NCBI RefSeq assembly: GCF_006345805.1
Contig: NC_043003.1
Span: forward strand, 36,642,001-36,706,000
Reading direction: 5' to 3'
Source of the DNA: Octopus sinensis
Taxonomy: Eukaryota
Length of the DNA stretch: 64,000 bases
Under the pieces are notes generated by a model. The model was not told where the DNA came from, searched no databases, and saw nothing but the letters and a program-made list of their open reading frames with translations. The translations under genes were made by a program, and so were the position numbers. How positions within the stretch are numbered: position 1 is the stretch's first letter; every line of letters starts with the position of its first letter. Below, one piece after another: positions 52,218-64,000 of this stretch.

Positions 52218-52463
52218 ACACCATAGTCATCTTCATCATCATTATATTAGCTTTCGGTTTCGGTGATAGCGTAGGAAAAGAGTACAACACCAATGTTCAA
52301 CGACAGACATTAAATATGGCTGTGGCTATGATTGGAAATATAGGAATAAGGAACTTTCTTACATAGTTTTGTAGAGGCTACCATTTATGTTACTCTTAAC
52401 AGCGTTTTCTTTTGCAAACACCACATTTACTGCAGTCGTTTCCCAAGCAAAGCGTTTATATGT

Positions 52464-52560
<97 letters not shown>

Positions 52561-52751
52561 TAGTAGTAGTAGCAACAGCAGCGGCGGCAGTGGTAGTGGT
52601 AGTGGTCGTGGTGGTAGTGGCGGTGGTGATGGTGGTGATGGTGGTGATGGCGGTGGTGGTAGCATTGGTGGCATAGCAGTAGTAGTAGTAGTAGTAGTAG
52701 ATAATAATGTTGATGATGGTGATGCTATTATTGTTATTATTATTAATATTA

Positions 52752-52811
<60 letters not shown>

Positions 52812-52820
52812 TTATTATTA
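52060..52820. repeat. Compound trinucleotide microsatellites (GGT, CAT, CAG, TAG, GCG, TTA)
   Basis: Visible runs; source of the 336-aa and 229-aa low-complexity ORFs. Confidence 0.9.
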
Positions 52821-53029
52821 TTGGTGTTTGCTATGGGTGTTGTTGTCAACAGTGCAATCAACTGTATGACGGCCAGGCGTCTCAGTATGTGTCCCCATGT
52901 GATATTAACGTTACTCCATGGAGTGTAATTCCATTTATTTATACAACGTTTCATCTGCTCTCGAACAATTTGCAAAATATTTGCGTATATGTGTATTTGC
53001 TTGTATATGTGTGCGCGCATGTACGTTTG

Positions 53030-53063
<34 letters not shown>

Positions 53064-53132
53064 GACAGGCCTACGCGCGCACACAGACACACACACACAC
53101 CATCATACATATACATTTATATGCATATATAT

Positions 53133-53207
<75 letters not shown>

Positions 53208-54599
53208 TGTGTGTAATTGTGTACGTATGCCTGTATGTATATGCATATGTATATACGCAGCAAAGATACTTATCCACTTACATATGCACATACATGTTAT
53301 CGACACGTATATGGAGATATACATTCATATATATGTGCGTGTATACATACATGTATATTTACACACACATATCTACACATGCACACGTACATGCTTACAT
53401 AGAAACAAACAGATATATGTGATGGCTTTCCATGAAGCTTCTGTTCGGGAATTTTCACTCTAGCCCTGGACCAACTTAAGGCATAATATACTTTCGCAAA
53501 ATATATTTTCTTCCTGAAAAAAACTAATAAATACCAATAAATACTAATAAATACTAATAAATACGTAAATGCGTAAATTCTGAACTAATAAATACGTAAA
53601 TGCTGAACGTGTCTTGTTAAAGACATCGCCCTGTCTCCCCGAATTATTTTGCCATTGGTGACACGATTTCTTTGCCCCCAAAAGCTGGAGAGGCACGTTG
53701 TTTTACCTTAATAAACCCTCACATATGCACCCAAAAAATTCTAGAATCTCTACAGACCAAATACTAGTTTTCTGCTCCACATTCAACCTACTACCTAGAT
53801 AGACATATACATATTAGTACATTCCCTCATTTTCATGAGAAAGAGTGTTACCCACATTTGAGAAAATTTACATAACAGTACGTTTTTTTCTTAACATTCA
53901 ACTGCCACCTCGACCGGAGAGTAATACCCGAAAACCTATCTCTCCCTAATACACTTATCACATCAATTTTTTTCTCCATATATACCAGCTATTAGCCTAA
54001 TGTATCCTGCAAATGACAAACAGTCGACATAACTGCTGCATTGTTCAGACTCTAAGATAGCTCGGGCTAACTGCAGAGCGGTGTCTGCAGAAATTACTCC
54101 GAACTAATTGTTTCTCATCAGGCGCTTGCAGCAGCAAGGCTACTGTGGTCATTTCTTCTGTGTGTTTTTGACGCTTAAAGCATTTCTGCGGACGCTAGGC
54201 GTCTCACGGAAGCCTGAAACATGAGAATGTGATACCAGCCTACGCAGCCAAATTCATTTTGAAGTCTACTATAGAACACTCTACAAAATCCTTATAGAAA
54301 GAGGAGCATGTATTATGCATTTCTCAATCTATTTTCGTCGCCCTTTATTCCTAAGAAAGTCGAACGGGTAGAGCTATCAGACACCCTCTACATAGGGTAC
54401 TATCATCATTACACTTACCTACTCGATTCCAAAGCGTGACCAACTGGAACAATGGACATTATCCAACCATCTCGTTCGGGTTCTACTCCCATGTTTACTG
54501 CCGTTTTTTTCTCTTTTTTCAGCATGAACAATACATCTTGCGATACTAAGTCATGTTTAGAGTACCGGAGGTCTGACCATTCAGTGCAGAGAAGTAGCG

Positions 54600-54800
54600 T
54601 ATCGACCTAGTGTTCCAAGGTAAAGATGAGAATAAGTGTTGTGAAGAGGAACACGTTCATCTTCCCAAGAACGCCTTTCCTATGCGCTCTGTTTCTTGGT
54701 GGAAACTCACCGAGGCAAGTGGTGAAGTTTAAGTATCTCGTGGTCATATTGAGGAATGATGAGAGGTGAGAGGCTGAATTTGATGACAGAACTGTAGATG
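54600..54800 (+). mobile_element. RTE-clade LINE reverse transcriptase fragment
   Basis: CALFLGGNSPRQVVKFKYLVVILRNDER*EAEFDDR resembles the RTE motif ...LPQVEKFKYLGV.F.SDG....EIDRR. Confidence 0.6.
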
Positions 54801-54809
54801 CAACTACTT

Positions 54810-55312
54810 CATCGACGGAGTCAGATACACTCCAAAATCGGTCATTCTGGTGATTTACAGTCTGTTCGATGTTAAATATCTTTTTATGAATGAACACCAG
54901 ATTGGGCAGCGTGCCTTCAACAGTCTGACGCAGAATAAGACGACTTCTCTCTAATGTCACGAACTTATAAACTTGCGAGAGCTCATGACGGTGAATCATA
55001 TTGTTGGCGTGGGGCCTGACATCCTCCTTCATCATTCGATACATCGATGTTTGGCTTATTTGTGGCAGCCAGTCTTCTGACGGAACGACGAGTATTTCGC
55101 CGTATCTTTTCTCTGATACTTTTGATAAGCTGAGGTGTCCGCCACTTCTTTTTCGGACACATCTAGGACGATCAGCGGTGGAACCAGTCTCTTGAAATTT
55201 CTTGACAATTTTCCAGACTATTTTTCGGTTAGTTTTAAGCTTCTTTGATATAGCTGTATTATTTTCATCTCGTTTGTAGAGGTTTATGATTGTATTTCGG
55301 TCTATAGCCTTT
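54810..55312 (-). pseudogene. maT/DD37D-like transposase, N-terminal fragment (copy A)
   Basis: RNTIINLYKR..KLKTNRKIVWKIVKKFQETGSTADRPR..RTPQLIKSIREKIRRN.RRSVR; PNLVFIHKKIFNIEQTVNHQNDRFWS (first catalytic motif FxDEK decayed). Confidence 0.85.
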
Positions 55313-55461
55313 ATCTAATCTATAAATCTGAATTTATTTAGTCTGAAATAAAAAGAAGACACACTAATTTTTTTATAATGATGTATTATTTTCATATCTT
55401 ATCACATTTATTGATAGTTTTTAAAACCCGAAATTTCCATTGCTTTAATTTCTGGATATAT

Positions 55462-55545
<84 letters not shown>

Positions 55546-55551
55546 CGTGTG

Positions 55552-55583
<32 letters not shown>

Positions 55584-55591
55584 TTCGTTCG

Positions 55592-55622
<31 letters not shown>

Positions 55623-55628
55623 ACGGGC

Positions 55629-55910
55629 GATGCACTCTTCCGTCGAAGACGACATCTCAGTGTTCAGTTTTTGCCGGACGACCTATACAAATAATTTGTA
55701 TACAGTGATCAACGGTATGTGCTGTACATTTGCTTACTCCGTCCATCAAATCCACGTTGCCTGAACAGATGCACGTTGTCGAAGTGATCGCAGAGCGACG
55801 TGAGATGAAGTCTTTTGCGCAAGAATACAACGTACCGCTCGGTCTAGGAATTGAAACAACAATCTCGCGATTGTGAGTGCAACGCCCTAACTACTAGGCC
55901 ATGCGTCTCC
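55629..55910 (-). mobile_element. SINE family E
   Basis: Reverse-complement homolog of 18076-18375; preceded by (GT)n/(GCGT)n at 55463-55622. Confidence 0.75.
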
Positions 55911-57199
55911 TACATACATATACATGTGTGTGATGGGGAAGTGCACGCGTGTGCGTGTGAGTGTGTGTGAATATACATGTCTGCTATCATTTTCTTGGAT
56001 TCGTTGCCTGATATTCTCCGCCCGTGCGTGTATCAAGGGCTCTATGCTCTAATTAAAACTATTAAGAATAGTTTGTAAGTCATAATTATTTATTTTGTCT
56101 TCTGTTTCCAACAAACGCTACTGCATAAATATTAACATAAATACACACCTTATGGCCATTAGGCTGTGTGTTTTGCTACCAATATTTTTTTGACTGTGAG
56201 AAATCTATCATTTAACTTTACACATTCTATTCTTTACCGCCAGCATTTAAGTTCTTTAGGCAAGATTTTTCCATTGACTATCAAAAACTGGTTAACTACT
56301 CTTGTCTGTAACTAGATTCTAACATGGATCTGCAATCTATGTATTACGATTCCATTACATTGCCAGTCGTTGCTAAGTTTCTGTTGCCATTGCTATTAAT
56401 GTGCCTTTCATGAATATAATTTTCGGACTTAAGGATTATGTTTCATGAGATTCGTTGCCCTTATCATTTTGTAATTTTTTTCTTCTCTTTAGCTTGGACG
56501 TGCGTGCGCACGTGTGTGTGTGTGAGTTAATGTTAGTCTTTATAATGGGAGAAAGCTGTGTGAAAATTGAATCTACTATGCTTCATATGTTGGAGTGCAT
56601 GTTATTTATCAATAGATGTGTTTGTAGTAGTTACATTTATTTCTATTGCTGAAATATTTAGTATTTTACTTATCTTTGTTTCGTGTTAATTTGTAATCAT
56701 AGTTATTTATTGTGACTGAAGTCACAAATTTTCGAAGTATTATTTTTATGATTCCGTAGTCAGAAATGGCTAATGTGTCACTGGGAGGATTGTTTGAAAC
56801 CAATACGTGGTTTTGGAGAAGGACAAAAATCCTTCTCTTTCACTTTAGTTTTGTCCCTGATAGACTTTCCTCTAAATAAACAGAGACATGGCAGAATCTT
56901 TAGTGCGTAGGACTAAAAGCTCAATGCACCTGGATGTTTGCTTGTTGCCCAAGTTATGAGATCAAATCTGATTGTTAACTATTTTCTTTTCAGAATCAAT
57001 AAAATAAAATTGCAGACCAGCGCCTTGGACATGCGAAAGTATGAGGGTGTCCGACAGGAGGTCTTGCTGAGTGTTCTGAGTTTTATGATGATAGGTTTAA
57101 TCGGTCACCACGTTTACCACCTACACCCGATTTCTGGTTGCATTTAGAAAATTTACCATTCTCGCAAGCATTCAAAACAGGTACCCAGTTTACTGATGA

Positions 57200-57578
57200 T
57201 TTCATGAGTGAATACTAGATTGGGCAGAATGCCTTCAACAATCTGACGCAGAATAAGACGACTTCTCTCTAGTCTCGTGAACTTATAAACTTGCGGGAGC
57301 TCATAACGGCGAATCATATTGTAGGTGCGGGGCCTGAGACGCTCCTTCAGCATTCGATACGTCAATGTTTGGCTTATTTGTGGCACCCAGTTTTCTGGTG
57401 GAACGACGAGGATTTCGCCGTATCTTTTCTCTGATACTTTTGAAAAGCTGAGGGGTCCGTCACTTCTTTTTCAGCCACGTCTAGGACAATCGGCTGTGGA
57501 ACCAGTCTCTTGAAATTTCTTGACAATTTTCCAGACTGTTTTTCGGTTAATTTTAAGTTTTTTTGTTATAGCTGTATT
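57200..57578 (-). pseudogene. maT/DD37D-like transposase, N-terminal fragment (copy B)
   Basis: Colinear homolog of 54886-55260 with scattered substitutions; LERSRLILRQIVEGILPNLVFTHE. Confidence 0.88.
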
Positions 57579-58997
57579 CAAACCAGGTACCCAGTTTACG
57601 GATGATTTCTTTCAACCAGTAACGCTGACACTGATAAAAGAAACTATTAGCCGTGCAGCCATTCCTTTACCGACTAAGCGTTCAAATATTCGTCGTTTCA
57701 TAATCTTATATACATGGAAAAAATATTTTAACTTCTGATGTAACGACAAAAATGACTAAATTAATTTTTCAGCACTTTTTGAGAAATATAACTTCGAAAG
57801 GTATTAGTAGAATGATTAAAACAGGGACACAGCTTTTATCGTGTATCATAAACAACAGAGAAATTCAGTTCAGCACTGAAAGATTCAGTTATACTCGCTA
57901 AATGTACTTGTCTCTTCCTAGTACCAGTTGCTGGTATGAATGATAATATACTAAAACGATAAATAAGCCTAAATTATCCGAATGCTTTATTTTTTGATAT
58001 AAAAAAGTATTAGTGACAATATCTACATAATCGATATTTTAACCCGAAGTTCGATCTCTGATCTATTCACATGGCTTCACATTTTCGGTTATGTTAATTA
58101 GCTGTTCAGTTAACTAAAATCAGATTTCTATATACATGAATAATTTGCATCGCAGCATTATACTTAATCATTTAAGTATCGTTTCTGTCATATATATTTT
58201 TTCTTCCAGTATTTTTATTGGAGATGTTTTGTATCTTTTTTTATTTCTCCAACTGTTACTATGAATACATATTGATCACTTTCCCTATATCTTTAATAGT
58301 TTTTCTCCCTCTCTCTCATAAACATACACACACGCGCACGCATACTCTCCCTCTCTCTCTTTCTCTCTCTCTATCTCTTTCTGTAATATATTATCACTTC
58401 ATCAGTTAACATTAAAGATTTGAAAATTTACAAATTTCTCAAGACGCAAAGTTCTTACAAATAAATAGAATGAAGTTTCAACACTCTACCAATTATTTGC
58501 AATGATTATTTCCATTAGAATTTTCACATTCTATGCACAGCAGCAGTTTTTTTTATGTCCCCTCCACGCGCTATTCACGTAAGTTATTGTATGAAGGATA
58601 TTTTATTGTTGCCAGAAGTCACGAATTGGTAACTTTTCGTGCCAACCACAAGCAACAAGAAATCGTGATCTCTTCGGGAGATAATATATAGATTTAAAGT
58701 AAATCTAATTCCTAAGTCCTATCTCTTGAATAAATCAGTACACATCTGAAGAAAATTTAGAAAAAAAAAAAGAAAAAGAAAAGCACAGTTATAAAACATG
58801 TCTGTATTTCATTTTCTATTCTCATAATCGCTTTAGCATAGTGTAGAGTCACAAACAAATTAAGTCACACAGGACATTCATTCGCCATTCGGCAAGTTTT
58901 CTGTCATTCTACAACGTTATTTCAATGTCGTTAACGCAACACATCTATTATTTAAAGATTTAAATGCCCATTATAATTTAATTATGGTTCTAGTATA

Positions 58998-59058
<61 letters not shown>

Positions 59059-59279
59059 TTATTCTTTTATAATCGTTATAATTATACAAAGAAAAGCCGC
59101 AGTGAATGGACAAGAACATTAGGGCATCACACTGTATCTATATTGTACTATTTAGTTTCGAACATCTCTGATCTATATTGAAACGTGCTATTGAATTTAA
59201 ATTTTCCCTCCTGTGATTTTGTGCATATACATGCATACGTACATACATTTCACACAAGCACACACATACACACACACTC

Positions 59280-59312
<33 letters not shown>

Positions 59313-59519
59313 TGAGAGATTAGAATTCCATGTATTTAATAACAGTTGGATTCAGTTCCAGATTACTTAAAGTTTTAAGGACCTGCAGGTTCTCCATCTC
59401 ATCACATGTTCGGATGGTGTGAAAGAAATTTACGATTACTCCTAGGTTTTAGGCATCTAATGGTGAGCTCAGGTTACGTGATATTAATACTATCAAACTG
59501 ACATGGCTATTATCTTTAT

Positions 59520-60065
59520 ATTTAGGTCAACCTGTTCAGACAGGATGATGGCAGGATCGTGATGCGAATATGGCGGCGAACTAGGACATAGTATATTCAG
59601 TTCCTAATATTGGCTATTGCACATTGTGAGGTAAAATGTTGGCTCGAGTCAGTAGTTCAGTCATCGTTCAGTGGAGTTTGAACACATCACAGCAGCAATC
59701 TTTACGTAGGAATAATCATTTTGATGTTTTTTGGGGGAGGGGGTTAGAATTGAGGTGACATAACAATCATAAGTGGTATGTATTCTATACGAGCGGCTGG
59801 GATTTAATGTCACCAGCAATAAGCCCAGTTAATGAACATAAGGTTGTCATTTACAGTTCGAATATACCACCCTCACCGTCGGCCTAGCTAACCCACGAGT
59901 ACAGGATATTTTAATCCCTGCCAACCATAGAGACAACTAACAGCCGCATGTCAGTCATGTTATCCCATTTGTAACCCGACACCCATCAAATGATTATTTT
60001 CATGTGACGATTGCTACCGCTAATATTTTCATAATCCATTGAATGACGACGGAACATGTGGCTCG
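59520..60065 (+). pseudogene. Possible decayed Tc1-type transposase
   Basis: NLFRQDDGRIVMRIWRR (cf. F.L..SDGR.RVWRR), HVIPFVTRHPSNDYFH (cf. ..PF......FQQDNA), WLANS (cf. WPANSPD) in the expected order, across frameshifts. Confidence 0.45.
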
Positions 60066-60524
60066 CCAACAGCGTCCCACCATACATACTGAACAAATGA
60101 AGCTAAAAATAAATAAACTGATCTTCGTCGCTGTTTTCCTTTCAAACACTCAAATCTGCCTTCAAATGTTTTATGAGATGGACGTGTACAACACGCCCAA
60201 CTAATAGACAGATAGATAGACAGATATATTATACACGCTCATACACACACACACATATGGGAGGGAGACCTCCTTCGGTCATGAATGACCCTTGGGATTG
60301 CACCTAGAAAGTTACTCTCCCAGTCACAAGTCCTGGCAAGGCTGGCAGTCACCCATGCATACCAGCCTCAAAATTTACGCAAATATTAAATAACACATTG
60401 TTTATTGTTATCACTCTACCACCTATACCAACCCATTATATAATCAATCTATTTTAAGAGCCACCTTCGTTAACTGTCATAAACTACATTTAAATAAAAA
60501 TCATTCCAATACTACTACAACTTC

Positions 60525-60830
60525 GAAGGCGGTGATCTGGCAAGTTGTTATTACGTGAGTTCAAATTCCGCCGAGGTTGAATTTCCCTTTTATCATTCGG
60601 GGTCGATAAAATAAATACCAATTGAGCATCGGGGTCGATCTTACCAGTTTGGCCCCTCCCTCAACACTGCTGGCCTTGAAACCATTGTTACTGCAAAATC
60701 AAAGGCAATGAGCTTGCAGAATCATTAACTCGAGGGACAAAATTATTTATCCCCGCCTTTTTAAGTTCTACCTTCAAACTCCACCGAGGCTGACTTTGCC
60801 TTTCATCTATTCGGCGTTGATTAAATAAAT
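60525..60830 (+). mobile_element. Two diverged family A SINE copies (60525-60685, 60702-60830)
   Basis: aaggcggtgatctggc head with gagttcaaattccgccgagg; second copy aaggcaatgagcttgcagaatc..ccaccgaggctgactttgcctttcatc. Confidence 0.7.
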
Positions 60831-62040
60831 ACTACAAATTCAAGTGCATTGGATGAGTAGAATCGGCAAATGTATTGTGATATTTAGATTAATCCTCTTG
60901 GTGTTATCATTTACAGTCCTGACCTGACCTGTAAACTTTGCTCTTCCTCCGTAGGTCGCTAAAATATGTACCAGTGAAGTACACTGCTTTCCTCGCCGAA
61001 AGTGAAAGCTTCGTCAGATATCAATCCTTCCTTGAATGACAGTAAGAAAATATGAACTTTACTTTGACCCTTCCATATAAAAAGCGCTATTATTTACATT
61101 CCACATATAGTGTTAATTTGAATAGTTATGATTATCATAACCTAACTTTCCTGAGAAATAGATATTCTGAACCAAAAGTAATTCAGATTAAGTTAGTAAA
61201 CCACAAGAATTGAGAGCCTTCTAATTCATATATGCAGACTAATTAGTGTAAGCCCTTTACGTTTTGTGTTCAAATCACACCGAAGTTCATTTCGCATTCC
61301 CGAGACCGATCAACAAACGACTAGTCGGTATTGTTCTAGTGTTCATTTGACTCTAACCCAGTCTTAGCTACTTAAGATCTTTTGGCAAATGTATGTAAAC
61401 TATGTTTCATGCAGTAAGCACGAGTTGGTTAGCAAAAATTCCCGTTAACCCAAATCAATAATCCTATTGTATAACTGTGAACGTCGTGTAGTCGCCTCAT
61501 TTGAATTATGATTATATAAATTTTAGTTTTGAAGTTTCCAAAGTAATTTACTCTAGTTTCAAATCAAAATAATGTTATAATTATCTGAAAGAATAATTCA
61601 GTAGTCATTTGCACCAAAACTACATTACTAAGAACGCGAATATCCTTCAGAAGGAAATTAGGATTACAGTGGAGCACTGTTTTCGACGTGGAAACATATT
61701 TCAAGTGAAATGTAAATTTCTCAAGCAAAATTATTGCTCTCATTGCTTTTGTGGCTAAGTTCTCTCAAAATATTGAAACCTTGAATCTATTTGATTTGAA
61801 AACATTTTTCCACTTCAACTAATTTTGAAATATTGAACTTCTATAGAGGCCATCACCAAACAATGGAATTTACAAGACACTATCTCAAAACCTCTTCTCC
61901 CTATAGCACTCATGTTGCCTACCTCAGTAGAGACATCTAGGGATTCTTTTATATTTTCCCAATTAATAACGCCCGATTGCTGATCCTGACACTATTATGA
62001 AAAATATTAATGTCATAACATTTTAATCCCGTAAAATATT

Positions 62041-62481
62041 GATTACAAATTTTAGCAAAAGGCCAGCAATTTCGAGGGAGGGGCAAGTTGATTATATCGA
62101 CTCCAGTGTTTAACTGGTACTTATTTTATCGACCTCGAAAGAATGAAATACAAAGTTGACTTTAGAGGAAATTGTAATCAGAACTTAAAGGCAGACAAAA
62201 TCCCGTTAAGCATTTTCCCTGGCGTGTCAACGAATCTTCCAACTCGCCGCCTTATTCCCGTAAAATATTCGTTTCTACACTAGACACAAGGCCCGAAATT
62301 TTGGGGGAGAGGCCAGTCAATTAGATCAACCCCAGTACGCAACTGGTACTTAATTTATAGACCCCGAAAGAATGAAAAGCATAATAGAACTTAGCGGAAT
62401 TTGAACTCGGAACGTAAAGACAGACAAAATACTGCTAAGCACTTCGCTCGGTGTGCTAACGTTTCCGCCAGCTCGCCGTAT
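62041..62481 (-). mobile_element. Two tandem family A SINE copies (62041-62253, 62270-62478)
   Basis: Each ends (plus strand) in ..cca(a/g)ctcgccg; both are bounded by the repeated target TCCCGTAAAATATT. Confidence 0.85.
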
Positions 62482-64000
62482 TCCCGTACAAAATTGAAAC
62501 ACATTATTGTACGGAAACGTGAGCATTCTTTATATATCTTATTATTCGCTGAAATCATTTCACATCTTAAATAACGTTAGTATTCCTGGATATATGAGAA
62601 CTCATTTTCTCCTATTTTAAACAGAGGTCCCATTAAACCTCGTTGACATAAATCAATATTACTTCAAAGTTGCGACTCGAAGGGTTACTTCAATATCCAT
62701 TTAGAACAGAAGCAAAGTGAATTTTGCATTCGTGTAACTGCCTTTCAGATATGGTAAAATGTCTAGACATGCCTTTGTTTCTCGTTGAAAATTATGTTTT
62801 GTTACTACAAACAAAAATATTGTTTTCTACGAAAAAATATTTTCGTAACACAAAGCAATTCGTTTTGGAAATATTTTGATAGAAAGTCTATTTCTTACAG
62901 TTCTCTATCAGTATATTGTGATGCCTCCTACAAAGTAATAAGTATATTAGTCAAGACGAGATTCTGCCTTTCTGTATTTAACCAGAGGTAATATTTATTT
63001 GCGAGGTTTGGGTTCTTGAAAAATTCGTCAACCTGATGTGTAAATACTATTTAATCCTTAATTATATCCTCAATGTGGTTATGTACAACCACGCTGATGT
63101 TCCAATATTCCAACTCTAGAAAAAGGAATTAACACTGGATTCATTTAATCAATCAGATATATATTCGTTATAATACAGACCACGTAGTTTCTCTGATAGA
63201 TAAGTTAGTTGAGTAATAAAATTATAAGTTTTGTAATATATATTTAGTGTATATCGGGATAATGGCACAGCATTTTTGTAGATAAAACTTCTTTATTCCA
63301 TGTCTCAATTTATCTAGCTTTAAAATTAAGGCTTCGTTTGCAAAAATAATGATAAATAATTATAGTAAAAGAATTATATGCAATAAGATGTATGCTCTTC
63401 TCCCACTTTTCACTCTTAGAGAAAAACATTCTCCACAGAAGATAAAATAGAGGTATGCTTAGAAGCGATTATCTTCCCCTGGACAGCAACTCTCTTTCGT
63501 TCTCTGTCTCTACCACAGTGTATACAGCTTCCAAAAAGATCACCACGTGTATATATATGAATTATTAATGTTTACCTTGGGAAACTCATTCCTCAGTTAT
63601 GCTCAAAGGAGCAACATTATACTTAATATCCTCATGAAACCATCATTTTTAAAGAAAGGGTCATGCACAAACAAGCCATGATTAAAATGATTAGTTTCTC
63701 ACTAAATTAATTTATAATATAATGAAAGAAAGAATAGTAGAAACAATCAGGAAATGATTATTTCAAGCAAAAAATAATCATTTCCGTTCTGAGAATACTT
63801 CTATAACGTGATGTATATTCTCGCATTTATGAAACATGTTTATACTCTTCTCTTCATCATTCTCAGATGAGACTGATGAGGAGATGCCATAGACTCACAC
63901 TCATTAATAAAACATATTGATGTTATAGACTTATTCTTATTAATAAAACAAAAATAATAATAAACACCACATCTTTGATGTAATTCTAATGCATCGATTT

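Noticed and set aside
52412-53422. 336-aa ORF and other long ORFs (3535-4368, 4000-4611, 42086-42751, 18402-18993, 49365-49907)
   Set aside because: Entirely explained by stop-free di-, tri- and tetranucleotide microsatellites; overlapping low-complexity ORFs occur in several frames and both strands.
54090-54122. Hammerhead on the minus strand (CUGAUGA-GAA...UUC-GGAG)
   Set aside because: Lacks GAAA and a credible stem I, stem III or cleavage triplet.
63873-63910. CTGATGAG hammerhead core
   Set aside because: No stem II closed by GAAA follows; a 7-mer like this is expected by chance in 64 kb.

Overview
AT-rich, microsatellite-dense eukaryotic DNA with no recognisable intact host gene, rRNA, tRNA gene or CRISPR array. 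The tRNA-headed SINE families and (TA)n/(TAA)n/(TAGA)n density suggest an octopus genome (inference from recalled repeat sequences, not a search). All recognisable coding sequence is decayed transposon: a near full-length DD34D mariner (14478-15694), three maT/DD37D-like transposase fragments, a Helitron Rep-helicase relic (28935-31385), a 5'-truncated R4/Dong-type LINE inside (TAA)n (39750-42132), and Tx1 and RTE fragments. There are also several non-autonomous Helitrons and about 25 SINE copies. The most unusual structures are: (1) a ~200-bp inverted repeat whose arms each carry a minimal hammerhead-ribozyme motif (5329-5530), plus other Penelope-type hammerhead-like motifs; (2) two convergent Helitron 5' ends sharing one palindromic CTAG-hairpin-CTAG terminator (43336-44627); (3) a 9-copy 129-bp minisatellite amplified from a transposase catalytic segment (9441-10601); (4) two SINEs apparently inserted serially at one target (62027-62495). 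Almost all long ORFs in the supplied track are microsatellite artefacts. Coordinates were counted by eye and boundaries may be off by a few bases.
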